This document shows, in pieces, positions 51,482 to 64,000 of a stretch of DNA of 64,000 nucleotides. The DNA is from Azolla caroliniana (Eukaryota > Plantae > Polypodiophyta), in NCBI GenBank assembly GCA_043228905.1, contig JBHGNT010000003.1, positions 20,150,001 to 20,214,000 on the forward strand, in the 5' to 3' direction. The first letter of the stretch is position 1. Each line of letters begins with the position of its first letter. The position numbers and the translations under genes were made by a program. The notes under the pieces were generated by a model, which worked only from the letters and a program-made list of their open reading frames with translations, had not been told where the DNA came from and ran no database searches.

Positions 51482-54400
51482 CTACACATTTGCACGTTGT
51501 AAAGCTGCCTTTATATGTTGCACAGTATTGATAATTATGTTGCTAATTGTGTTGACCGATTCTATATTGAGCTTGCCAGAGGATGGGACATGGCTCACTG
51601 CTATCTGTATAGAAGTGGTTAAAAGAGAGCCTCCAGTTGTCGTTGACGGACTATCCAACTCATTAAGAGGCGAGGAGGTTTCCGGCCCGTCAGGGAGTAT
51701 CACAAAACCTGAAGGGGGTGGCATGACCCTCAATGGGTCTTCCCCTTGCAACACCATGTTGAGAGTGGCGAAGTCTACCGGTGCATACACTATGAGTGAC
51801 CCACATGCATCCGTGCAACTCTCTTGGAGGAATATCACATTGCTTTGGTTAAGATTTGATCCCTGCACATAAAATGGGTAGCACATATTGAATTTTCAAT
51901 TTGGATATGTATGCAGTGTCATATGCTTGTTTTTTTTAATGGGGAGGATGGGGATCCAATCAAGTGTAAGTTTTCCACTGGCCGTTTTTGACATTTTTCA
52001 ATGAGAAAAAGCTCCCACATTGTTCAACATAGCATTATGAACTTCTATCTGGAGACTATCCATACAAGTCTAGCATGTGACGAAAGCTCGTAATGTTTGC
52101 ATCTAATCAACAATGCGAGAATAGTACTGTGAATGCCTCTAAGACTCTTCTTGTAAAGTAGATAGACTTACACTTGGACGAAGAAGAGACACGTTGTTTC
52201 CTGGATGTTGCCCTTCTGCAATGTGATACATTTTCTCCATAGCTCCATTAGCAAGAACATCCCACTGTTGACAGCAAACAAAGCATTGTTAGACACACTC
52301 AAGAATGACGAGTTCTCTAATTGTGGAGGAAGTACAACGCAAAGAAATGAAAAAGAAGTCGTTAACTTTAGACATTGTTTCACTCATGAAAGAGTTACAC
52401 TTTCCCTCGTGTTTCCTTACAATGAATGTTCTAACATTATGAGCATATTAGGGGAGATTCCACACACTCAGATCCAGGTATGTTGGATCTACAAGAAGCT
52501 CATAATGTTGGATCCGGATGTACGATGTAGCAGAATTTCAGTGTGGAACCTATGTGTTTATAGTAAAGGATCTAACATTATGAGCTTATTAGGATAGATT
52601 CCACACACTCAGATCCAGGAATGTTAGATCTACAAGAAGGTCATAATGTTGGATCCGGATGTACAATGTAGTTGAATTTCATAGTGGAACAGATGTTCTT
52701 ATAGTATGGGATCAGGGGGGGCGGTTAGAAGATTACCTCCCCACGGGAGCGCTCATGGCGGAGGAACTCAAAGACCTGGGTGCGATGGAAAGGCAGCCAA
52801 GTAGAGGTGGCAGCACAGAGGAGGACACCATCACCTGGGTTCTCCCGCATCATGATGCGAACATCTTCGCTACCGCTTGTGGAGAGGTTGAGCCATGAGT
52901 TGGAGGTGGAGGCACTGACGGTTGTGCAGAAACGTCGAGTCATCTTGTGGGCTAGACGGAGCATTCCACGACGGCCTTCAGGAGTTTGGATGACTGAACA
53001 AAAAAAATTCACACACCAAAAACCAAAGAAAAGCTGAGAAAGAGCAAAGAGTGATTTGACAAACCAGAGCCTTAGGGGAAAAAAAGGAGCCCACAAAATC
53101 CAACCAGGATAGTATCATCACATACATCAAAAGAAAAAGAAAACCAGAGAGGCTTTTTTGTATGAATCTTGACCAATTTTGTTCTTATTTTGTGTTAGTG
53201 CTGAGTTAGCTGAGCTACATTTGCAAGTATTTTGTATATACCTCCGAGATCACGAGGAGAGATGTTGCTTGCCAAGAGGCTCACGAGCCTCTCGCAATGG
53301 CATTGGAGGGTGGCCAACCATCTCCTCGCGCCAAATGCCAACCCGCTCGTCACGAGTGGCCGATATATCGGATGAACTGCTGGTTGTTCGTCCACCTCCA
53401 CGTGCTCTAACCATGTCACCTGGGAACCAAAGACATCATCAGATGCTCAAGTGTTATATGTCATTGATACTCAACCATTTCTCATGACACTCTCCCTTCA
53501 AAATTTTGAGCTGAATTCAAGTTCATTTGACATTGTCACAAAACAAAAAATTGGTCTTTCCAAAGTGTAAAATCTTTTATAAGGACTGTTTCTCCTCCTC
53601 ATAAACTAGATATTCACAAAAAAGTACTAAGTTCACAAAACCAATTTCCGCCAAGAATGTTGAGAGACCTACTAAATACTTTAAGAAATATGATTCGTGA
53701 GGAAACCTGACTTACATTTTGAAAAGTATGAAATATTTATCTAACCAATTGATTAAGAAATATTTGACTTTGTAGTCAATTGTCTCATCCCTCTATAAAA
53801 TATTGAGGTCTGCGGTTAACAATAATATATGCCCATTTTAACACTTTCAAATATGCTAAGGTAATTTGTACTAAAGATTCCGTTTAGTGAGAACTATGAT
53901 GCTCCAGTGTTCTCATTTTGTCAAGACAGATAATGAGTGTATTTAATTGCCAACTTGTTGAAGGATATTTTAGATTATGGTGTTATAAGTCAAAGAGTGA
54001 TGTTCTCAATGAAACCGTACTACAATCCATTGTTAGTAAACATATGAGGTATGGTTACACTCAACAAAGGTACGGCGCAGTACAAGGTTGAAGCGACCAA
54101 ATAAAACATCGAATTTTACGTAAACTACACACAGGAGACGTTGACTTATATGGTTTCTATGAAAACTTTCTTGATTTTATAAGGGAGTTCTTTCCCTCGA
54201 GACAATGTGCCTCAACTTATGGCAATCTATCAGAGGCAAAATCTCCATGTCCAAACGGCTTAGGGTACTTTGGAGTATAGAATTTGTTCGCTTTACCTTT
54301 GTTCGATTTTCTTCAATTGTTGAGCTCAAGTTCCAACCCCACTGAACTCCCCTCGATGCTTTCTTAAACTAGCATCATCATCATCGAGGACCAGAAGGAA

Positions 54401-56676
54401 AGCTCTAGAGTTCTCAATAAGGTAGCTTTTCTCTTTCATTATTCCATTTCTTTAGTGTTTGAAGCGGAATGTGAGATACGGTTAACCATGAATTTTTCGG
54501 GCTTATGGTTTTCATTTGCACTTGCATTTTTTTGAGTGTGCTTAGAATCAAAGTAAAAACTGGGCACCAATTTTAAGCATACATATTTACCATGCATTGT
54601 GGCTATCAATACGATGTGCACAATAAACAACAATGTGGCCATACTATTTTCATTGTCTTTGTATGGGCTAGGGAAATATGTCCACATATAATACTCTATA
54701 CACTACCAACGTTTTAGAGAAGAAGGGTTTCACATATAGTTAAAAAGGGCTTACATGCATATAGACTAACAATGTTTTAAAAAACAAGGGTTTACTCTAT
54801 ATCACTAACGTTACCGTTGTTTATATTTAAAACTACTTATATATGCTTGGTCCAGGAAGAGGCTCTTAATCACATGAGAATTAAGGTTAATCACATTAAA
54901 ATCATGGTTAGATACGTGAAAGCTAAGGTTAAACACACACAATATGTTGTGCTTCCCCAACAAAGAATCATCATTCAGCCTGAAAATAAATATTTAAGAT
55001 TATGAAAATTAATTCAGTTCCACAAATAACACGATTTTATTATTTGCTAATGACACACCAATTAAAAAACCAAGCGTTTCATGCTTAGTGGAACCAGAAG
55101 CTTCGTTTGCTAGTTATGATTCTAATATTAGTGATTTACTGGGTTTATAAAGTCCTAAATACCTCAATTTTATTCGTTTTGCGTTGAATAACAAGTTTCG
55201 GACAATAATTCGTGGCTTCAACCAGCCTTATAAAATAATCGACCTCAAATTTCTCAAACTAAATCTACCATTTTTCTTTACACGTAACCCTAAACGATGA
55301 AACCTGCAAATGAAACCTACATTTTCAAATCCCTAAAACCTTGAACCTGGGAAACGAACCAAAAACCGTCATTTTGTGAGAAATACTCTAAACCTGTTGC
55401 GGAAGCCTTAACCAATGAACCCTACGTTGATTGATTCTCAAAATTAACAGGCGTTCCAAAATGCTAAAGCTTGATGCTGCAAAACTCTAAATTTTATAAG
55501 GTGCCACAATACCTTCACAATCTGTATTATGTAGGTCAGTAAGCAACCTAAAGATAAAATAAAAATAAAAAAAAATCTAACTAACGTCTTTATCCACGTT
55601 ACAGAAACCTAACGTAGCAGTTCAGAAACCCTGAGTAGACCCTCAAGAAACCCTAACAACCTAATGAAGAGGCCATAAATACAATGGCGAAATAAAGAGT
55701 AAGCACAGAATTAAGATCTTTAACATAAAAAAAACAAAAAGGAGAATGAAAAAGAACAGTAGGTTTACCTGTGAGTAACCGTTGGGCATGTCTTGGATGA
55801 GGCAACCAGAGGGGCGGCGTCTGCAGCGCAGGAGAGATGGCGGCGGATTGTCACGAAGGCTATCAACAGACACATCCACAACCGCCCACACCTTGTCGCC
55901 TGCCTGCTTGCAGTAGCGCACAAAATACACCTCCCGCGTCTGCACTAGAGGAGACAGCACCTGCAGCTCTGCATACATCTGCACATTTTGTCCCGTTCCC
56001 ATCCCATCCCACGCAATTCATCACCAAGCCAAAACAAAAAAAAACGTGGAATCAGACCACCAATTTTTCTTTTTTTCTTTTTTCTTTTTAACGATTCATG
56101 AATTCATCATTCTTGCGTTTTGTTGCTGCTAATTAAGATCAAGGTAACTCCTTTTTCATAGTTAATCTTGCTGGATGAAGTCTGAGGAGGTATCTTTATA
56201 TATATGAATTAACCTTTTTCATAGTTAATCTTCCTACATCATATCTGCAGGCGCCTAGATGTTAAAGCTACATTCAATTCATGGATGCAGATGAAATCGT
56301 AACTGGTTCATGGCAGGATTGATAAAAACCAGAAGCCAACGATCGTCATCAATCATTATCATATCATCGAATCGAATCGATTCAAACGGCTCTGAATTGA
56401 TGTGAACCAGCAGGACATTAGCGGGAATCAAATAAATCGAATCGGCCAATTCAATCAACAGGAAGAATATATATCATCCAATCAATCAAATCGAGAGAGA
56501 TGCAAAGAAATTTGCAGGCGATGGGAAAGCAACAGCTAATTAATTTCTTTTTTCTTTTTTCTTTTTTCTTTTTTCTTTTTTCTTTTTCTTTTTTCTTTTT
56601 CTTTTTTGTATTTTCCTTATCGTTTCATTCCGGAAGAAAATATTTGCTTTTTTCGCTTTCCTATTTCATGTTGAGC

Positions 56677-56707
<31 letters not shown>

Positions 56708-57231
56708 TCTGAACGAATGAGAAATTATTTTTATATGTAAATTTGCTAATATTAGCAAATAAAATAAAAACATGAATGAAAATTGGGGGGGAGGCTGGCG
56801 TCACGATGACGCACGTCGGTTTTGCTTTTTCTGTGAGTTCGGACAAAAAGCGGGAGGGAGCGCAATAAATGCTGCGGCTTTAATGCGAGTGCCACCCAGA
56901 AATACTGAATTTAATAAATTAGAATAAAAATATAATAAGAGAGTCAAATAAATAAATAAATAAATAAAATCCGAATTTAATTCCTTTAAAAAAGAGATTC
57001 AAAAAAGCCGGGGACGGAGGAAAGGGGGGGCCCGCCTAATCTTTTCTTTTTTCTTTTTTCTTTTTTCTTTTTTTTTCTCTCCTTCGGTTTCTTTTTCTCT
57101 CTTTTTTCCTATTAGTTCCTTCTTTTTATTTATGATGTGCTTTTCTTGTGTTCTTTGGCCAAAACCCTGTGGTTGTTCAAAAAAGCGGTCCATTTAATAA
57201 ATGAAGGAGGAATGAATATAAATTAGAGAGT

Positions 57232-57277
<46 letters not shown>

Positions 57278-57574
57278 CTGCTGCACAGAATTAAATGCTC
57301 ACAAAACACATACATATGTACACATTCTCTCTCTTCTTTTGCTCTTTCTTTTTGTTTCTGAGAGAGAGAGAGAGAGAGGGATCATTAAATGATGCGCCAC
57401 GTTGCGGTTGCTATTCTGCTTCTCTCTTTCTCTCTCTCCTGCCTCCTTCAATAAATACATATATATATATATAATATTGAATGAAGAGAGAGGAAAAAAG
57501 GAGCCTCCTATTAGTATTTATTGCTTCTTTTTTTTAAACAAAAAATCATTTGAAAATAACAATAAAGGAGAAGA

Positions 57575-57616
<42 letters not shown>

Positions 57617-58993
57617 CATATTCATTCATATATGTAGATATACATATATGTATGTAAAGTTATTCTATACATAATATATAACTCTCACCAGCTGCAGTGC
57701 CCCATCCCTTGAGGATCCAATGCCTGGGGACAACACCTCCACTGTCACTGCCTTTGCCACAATGCTAGGGAACATCTCCATCCACTTCCCCTGCATATCT
57801 CACACACACACATACACACCCCAACATTAGTTCAATGTCAAGTCGGTTCATGGTTTCTCCGCTATAAACACGAAAAAAAATTAAAAAAATTATACGAACA
57901 AACAAACGAAAGCCATGCGTAACCCATGGGCGAAGCGAATCGCGTCTTATGGCCGAATTGTGTGTATTCACACACAAACAAAGTAAAAATGTAGAGGGCT
58001 GAAATTCGAATCGCAGCTTATGTATGTATGTATGTATGTATGCCACATTCATCGAGAGAGCTTCCCCCAGACTTATCTCGGAAAGAGCTTTCATTCTTTT
58101 TAGAAGACAATGGCAAGCACACCACCAATGCATGCATGGACTACATACATACATACATACATACATACATACATACTCTAGCAAAACTCACTGTAGCCCA
58201 TGTATGTCTTTCACACTAATGACAGAAAGATTAACATAACACCACACGAGACAAGGAAGCAACTACATGGAGAAATTATACATGAAACATGGGAAGTGCA
58301 GCAGGGTGGGTGAGAACTATGTATTTGATTGATTTTTAAATCTTACCGCATCCATGAGAGCTTCGACGAGAGTGGCCCCGTTCATGATGACTAAGCCGGT
58401 GTCACGGCTGGCTTCGGTGCGGAGGCCGAGTGGGCGGGGGCCGATCCCTTCGGACGAGAACTGCCGGAAGTACTCGTCGGTGTTGAGGACATCGGTGGCT
58501 CCATCGATGCCGGCCTTCATCCAGAGGGGGGCTTCGGAGTGGAACATGCGGAGGAGCTCCTTGAGCGCGGACACGGCGAGCTCCACGACAATGGGCTTCT
58601 CGAGATCGGCAAGTCCCCCAGGAACCAGGGCCACCTCGGCCACCGAAGGCCCTAGGACCACATGGTCGGTGGGTACAGGATTCAGTAGGCCTGCTAGGCC
58701 TCCTCCACTTGGGCCGCCCGAGCTGACCGATGTCACCAGTGAAGCCCCTGCAGGATTATGTCCGGGCGGGATCTCGCCCCCCGAATTAGTGGACGCCGGC
58801 GGCATGCTTAAACCACCCCCATTGTTCGATGGCGATGCCAAGGGCCCCAACGGGGGTACTGGCCTCCCGAAATACCGAGCCGCGACTGTCGACACTCTCT
58901 GTAACTGCATTTTTATCCCCCCCAATTCAATTCAATTCAAATCAATCATTTGGTTCTCTTCCAATGCCAAAACAAAGTGAAAGAATGCCTATA

Positions 58994-59025
<32 letters not shown>

Positions 59026-60775
59026 GGTTAGTTAGTTGTATAGATATAAGGTTAGTTAGTTGTTCACAAATTCCAAAAAGGAAGATTTCACTACCACTTG
59101 GCTGGCACTTGCTGCTGCTACCAAGAATCAGTTATAGAACACAGACTACCAATATACCAAAACTATAGAGTTTTAAGGATTTTCTCAGTTAAAACCCAAT
59201 GAGATTCTATTATGCTGAGAAAGGTTTACCCAATGGCTGCAAATGCATCAGACTCACATTATGTATATATACATTCTTTGTTATTTAAGCCTAGGAATCA
59301 ATCAAACTTAACCACAATCTTAATTTATCCATGGCATTTCATTCTTGTTTTTACCACACTACCTCTTCTCGGAGACGGACATTGTCCGACCGGAGCTGGT
59401 GCTCGTCCACGGGGGCCACGCAGTCTCCGCCAAGCCCACCGCACGATGGACAAGACGCGTGCTTTATTGCCTCTCTCATTGTGATGTTCTCGATCCGAAG
59501 GCGTTCATTCTCATTGCGTAGCTGCGAATTCTCGCTCCTCTCGTGTTGAGCCTGATTTTTTGTGTGTGTGGTGGGATTTTTTTGAGTATAATGTCAGAAG
59601 AAAAAACAAAAAAAATTATCCAAAAAAAGCAAGAGATTTAATCAAAATCCTTTTGAACCCGAATCAAATTCGCGTGTTTTTAATCATTCATGTTTAATTT
59701 AAATCAAGACCAAGAAAACAGAGATAAACCAGAAATCCACAAATTTGCCTCCATTAATGAGTAGTTATGACAAAGAGGAAGAAGAAGATGGAAAAAGATA
59801 ACTAAACATGAATTACACTGATCTTCTTCTTCATTTATGACATGAATTTAAGGGACCGCAGAAAAAGAAGGGGGGAAAAAAAAACAAAAGTAACCAAAAG
59901 TTTTAGGTCAATCTGCACCATTAATGATGCGCAGAAAACAAAGAAAAAAGAAAATGATAGCACACTATTTCTCTAGTTAGGACCCTTAATCCTCAAATTA
60001 GCATCGCTAATTCACGCCGCTTCCAATTTTTCAGATAAAAGCTTTTCATTTCTGAGGACACATAATGGACTAATTTTACCTTCATTTGGGTTCTTCTATT
60101 CTGGAACCAAAACTTGACTTGTCTGGGGCTAAGCTTAAGCGCCCTTCCGAGTTCTTGCCTCTGTTTCTCATCAGGGTGGGGACATTCCTTGAAAAAACTG
60201 GAATCATCATACAAAAACACACACGCGCGCACACAGAGGAAATAGTTAAAATTCGGAATAATTAGTTGTACGCAATTAGCTGCAAAAGCTTTGTATGACC
60301 ATTAGTTGTAAGTAATTCATAAGCAATTAGTAGCAATCTTCTGCATCGGCAGGTTTCAAAAAAAATCCATGTACTTAGCAGTGTAATTAATGAGCATTCG
60401 TTCGGTTAGTATAAAATGATAGGTAGGTATTCACAAAGAAAGAAAGAAAGTTACAAAAATTCTGCATGTAAAAGCGAGGAGAAATTAGGGAATTAAGGAG
60501 GTTCAATGGATGGATTATAGCGTAAATTACTTCTCCATTTGCTGAATTTGGAAGGCTGTGTGGCGATGGTAACGGAGCTTCTTGGATTGTCCGGAGGCGC
60601 CTGCACCATTGCCCCCGCCGCCGCCCATTTCACCACTTCCCATCAGATCATGCTCATCCCCAGACCCAACGCCATCGCCCATTATGTTGTTATTCTCGCT
60701 TCCTTCCATGTGCTCTCCTCTCATCATCATCATGTTGTTCATAAATTGCTCACAACCATTTGCTGATTTCTGCAT
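51482..60775 (-). CDS. Class IV homeodomain-leucine zipper (HD-ZIP IV / C4HDZ; ATML1/PDF2/HDG family) transcription factor, 10 coding exons
   Basis: Exons (minus): 60531-60775, 60080-60197, 59363-59551, 58347-58905, 57689-57790, 55769-55978, 53242-53419, 52737-52993, 52172-52264, 51482-51862. Homeodomain [35 protein letters not shown], zipper loop CPSCGG, START ([40 protein letters not shown]), SAD ([27 protein letters not shown]). Confidence 0.95.
52430..52690. repeat. Two tandem units (period 141 bp), each containing a ~90-bp palindrome, in an HD-ZIP IV intron
   Basis: Arms (gga)tctaacattatgagc ... g(c/g)tcataatgttggatcc in both units. Confidence 0.85.
56798..57400. promoter_or_regulatory. 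Putative intronic enhancer: inverted TGACG pair, HD-ZIP IV-type sites and GA repeats
   Basis: gcgtca-cga-tgacgc 56798-56812; gcaataaatgc 56862-56872; gaattaaatgc 57288-57298; tcattaaatga 57382-57392; (GA)n 57235-57272. Confidence 0.4.
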
Positions 60776-62349
60776 CAATACTACTGAACCCTAAACCCAA
60801 TTTAGCTTCTTCTCTTCTCTTCTCTTCTCTTCTTTTTTAAGTACCTTGTATACATACATACATAGATACATACATACATATCCCACCCATTCCTAAGATC
60901 AATCATCCATAATTCAATAAAGCACCACTAATTACTACACATGTATTGAAGTAAAACTAAACAATACACTAATTATATCTTCTGATCATATCTCTAATCT
61001 ACTATGTAGAGAAGAAGAGCACCAAAACAACAGAAACTTTGGGTCACTAACTAACTAACTAACCCATATAATTCCTAGCCTTAAATATCATGATGATTAT
61101 ATCTCATTATGGCCGTGTAGCATATAGACATACTATGTAGAGAAAGAAACATATCTACAGAAAATGTGGGCTAGTTTTAATTAGCATAACTATCAGCTAA
61201 ACCAACCCCGACCCATAATTAGCCGAAAGAGATCGGCACAGCCAAGTTCAAACCCTCGGCTGCCGCAGAGAAGCAACTTATTTTAGTTCTCATCATCATC
61301 ATCATCATATATGTGATGTAATTCTCGACCTTATTCATATTTATGTCTCATCATCATATTGTGTATACATGTCTCTATATTCTAAGCTCATCATCATCAT
61401 CAAGAAGCATACGGGAATTATCAAGCATATATGCCTGCAGCCTAAGGTTTATAATTAACCTTTGGCTTCTCGTGTGGATATAGAATTATCAAGTACATAC
61501 ATATATACTTAAGGTTGTTAATATTCTACCTGGCAATATGGGTATAGAATTGAACCCTATGAAAAGACAAACCTAAACCCTAGGAATAAGAGGTGGAATT
61601 AGGGCATTTCATTGTTAGCATGAAGAATTATAACACACTTAAGAAGTAGGAGGGAAAAAAAACAAGAGATTAGAAATCATCTTACTTATATAGTTCAAGG
61701 ATTTGGGAGAGGAGATCACCGAGGAAGGGAGAAGGAGAGGGAGAGAGAGAGAAGGAAGTAAATGTGTGAGGGACCATTTTTTATTTTTATTTTTTCTTAC
61801 TATTTATTATTATTAAAATTCATCGATGAGAAAGAAGCTGCCATATCTGATCTTCTTCTTTTTGTTGTTAAAAAAATTAAAAAAGGGGAAGGAGGAGGAG
61901 GAGAAGGAGGAGGAGGAGGAGAAGAAGGAGAAGAAAGAAAAAGAAGGAATGAAGAAGAAGGAAAGAGTGAGATACTATCTGCAACTGCTTTCAATTTTTT
62001 TATTTGAGTTAACTTACTTCTTATTTTTCTATATTTTTATTATTGTCATTGAATATTATAATTTATTATTATTATTATTAACGTTTATTCTTTATTATAA
62101 TGATGAAGATGATATGATATGATCAGTGAGGTTTAAAAAGGGTAGGGGAAGGGGGGGGGGGGGACAGCAAAAAAATAAGTAGATAAAATAAATAAATAGT
62201 GTAGAGAGGGGAGAGAAAAAGTAATAAATATATATATACATATTACATACACATATATATGTATAATATATTACATATGTATGTATATGTATGAATATAT
62301 TATTATATATATACTGTATATATATGTATATAATATATTACATATATGC

Positions 62350-62376
62350 ATGTGAGTTGTCAAAAGGAAGGGGTTG

Positions 62377-62411
<35 letters not shown>

Positions 62412-62600
62412 AATAGTCATCATCCACCCATCCATGCATGCATGCATGCATCCATCCATCCATCCATACATCCAAAAGCTATCCACCACATGGGGCCCCA
62501 TTTGCCATTTAATGCTCTCCTCCTTCGTTTTCTCAACTTCCTAAGCCCATGCTCCCATGCCCCCCCCCCCCCCCCCCCCCCTACCCCCAACCAAAAAAAC
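62350..62600. repeat. (CAT)n, (CATG)n/(CATC)n and poly-C tracts upstream of HD-ZIP IV, with tggggcccca palindrome and ccatttaatgc site
   Basis: Directly visible. The motif assignments (TCP-type, HD-ZIP IV-type) are inference. Confidence 0.6.
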
Positions 62601-64000
62601 CTTCTCCAACCTCGAGAACTCGGACCTCCATATACGTACACCCACCCCATATACATACATACTTACTTACTTCCATTGTCGACTTCCTTTTCACGTGGCC
62701 AAAGCGATAGCAAGTGCGTAGCACGAATAATGTAAGCCATAATAACGAAAAGCAAACCCCCCCAAAAAAACATGTGGCATTTGAAACCCAATCAAGATAA
62801 TAGTAGTAGTAGTAGTAGTAGTATGTAGTAATCGTAATTGTAACATCATTCTTTGCTCGCTTTGGATATTTGGTTCATTTCCTCGCCTGCCAATCATCGC
62901 ACCAATATGTGTCATTCCTCCTTTAATGTGATCCTGTTGTCCAGGCTCCATATCAATATCAGTGTAATAGTATTAACATCGTTGGGCACGAATTGAAATC
63001 CGATAGGAATACCATGTCTCGTTTGTATGGCTTTCCTTACGAACCAAGTCAAGCCAAGCATCATCTATGTTTGCCTTCTGCCCTACATGTTACCCACCTC
63101 AATGGCTAATAGTATACTTCCGTGCCTTTCTAGAAGTTCTCTCTCCTCTCTCTATGCAACCAACCATAAAAAATAAAAGATGGCATTTTTGTTGAGGATA
63201 CCCATAAGTTAAAGCCCAAGGTTGGGAAAAGAAGAAGATATATTGATTCTCTCCATTGCACCTTGCTGAGATTTTGCCTTCTACGATGTCACCTATGTCA
63301 CCTAAATGTGGGATGGCCACATTCTTCTTGTTCTCGAATGATGCCCCATGTGACTTTGTCATTTGCAATGCTTGAAGATTGCACATTATTGCCAATCTAC
63401 ACACTTGTGTATGTACGCACTAAATGTGTTTCCCAAACCAATTTCATTGTTGTTACATGAACATCAAAGTATATGATTGTTCACTTAGAGTTCAAAGTCC
63501 TCCCATTTCTTCTTAAACCCCATCTAATTTGTTGTGACATTTGTCATCCATCTTGGAATGAGCTCAATATTAACCAATGCATGCCATATATTTCTCTAAT
63601 AAGAAGAACAAGAAAGGCTGATAAGTTGTGAATATTGCTTGTTCATTAGTACTATAACTCTCGGTTGCTTGAAACCATTCACATCGTTATTCTCAAAGAG
63701 GAAATCGCTACTATTTTAACTATATTCCAACAATTTGCTTGTGTTTTAGAAGTGGTTACATTAGACCAACAACAAAGACAAGCCAAGCTCATTCAAAATC
63801 ATACAATGAGGACTATTTGTCAACTTTGATGCTCCCTAATCATCATCCATACACTAGAAAGCAATCTCATAGTATTGAAGTTTTGGTTGAACAATTGTTT
63901 CTCCTTTTTCATTGCCCTAATGTGAAAGAGTCGATGCTTCTCTCCTTTTCATCTACCCCAAGAAGGCACATAATGCACACAAAAAATTCACCCAATGTAT

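Noticed and set aside
58354-58980. 208-aa plus-strand ORF (also 51528-51872, 52780-53037, 53179-53487)
   Set aside because: Antisense shadows of GC-rich HD-ZIP IV exons.
61762-62735. Glu/Lys-rich and poly-His/poly-Pro ORFs
   Set aside because: Arise from (GGA)n, (CAT)n and poly-C tracts in the probable 5' UTR/promoter of HD-ZIP IV; no domain signal.
1-64000. tRNA, rRNA or snRNA genes and U12-type introns
   Set aside because: None recognised by eye and all inferred introns are GT-AG. tRNAscan-SE/Infernal were not run, so small ncRNAs cannot be excluded.

Overview
Plant nuclear genomic DNA with spliceosomal GT-AG introns and abundant microsatellites. A non-seed vascular plant such as a fern is my inference from protein divergence and TE content; it is not proven. 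Four protein-coding loci were resolved by reading splice sites by hand: (1) a 7-exon RING-CH/RINGv membrane E3 ligase (minus, 5600-9439); (2) a 17-exon TFIIIC B-block-binding largest subunit (plus, 17086-42866) whose introns are packed with transposons; (3) an intronless DUF4408/DUF761-like gene that appears split by a 1-bp frameshift (minus, 44899-45614); (4) a 10-exon class IV HD-ZIP gene (minus, 51482-60775). Mobile DNA includes two Ty1/copia elements with tRNA-Met PBS, older copia and gypsy relics, a solo LTR with TSD, and many 5'-truncated copies of one RTE-like LINE family with (CTTT)n tails. The most unusual items are: a 1.34-kb miniature LTR element with a tRNA-Ala-type PBS, a gypsy integrase remnant, a 3x76-bp array and a captured LINE 3' end; an apparently perfect, in-frame 7x129-bp amplification inside a LINE; a tandem pair of ~90-bp palindromes in an HD-ZIP IV intron; clustered HD-ZIP IV-type sites inside the HD-ZIP IV gene itself; and a templated-looking deletion junction in the intronic copia. 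I found no prokaryote-type system (CRISPR, rRNA, tRNA). All coordinates were counted by eye and may be off by a few bases.
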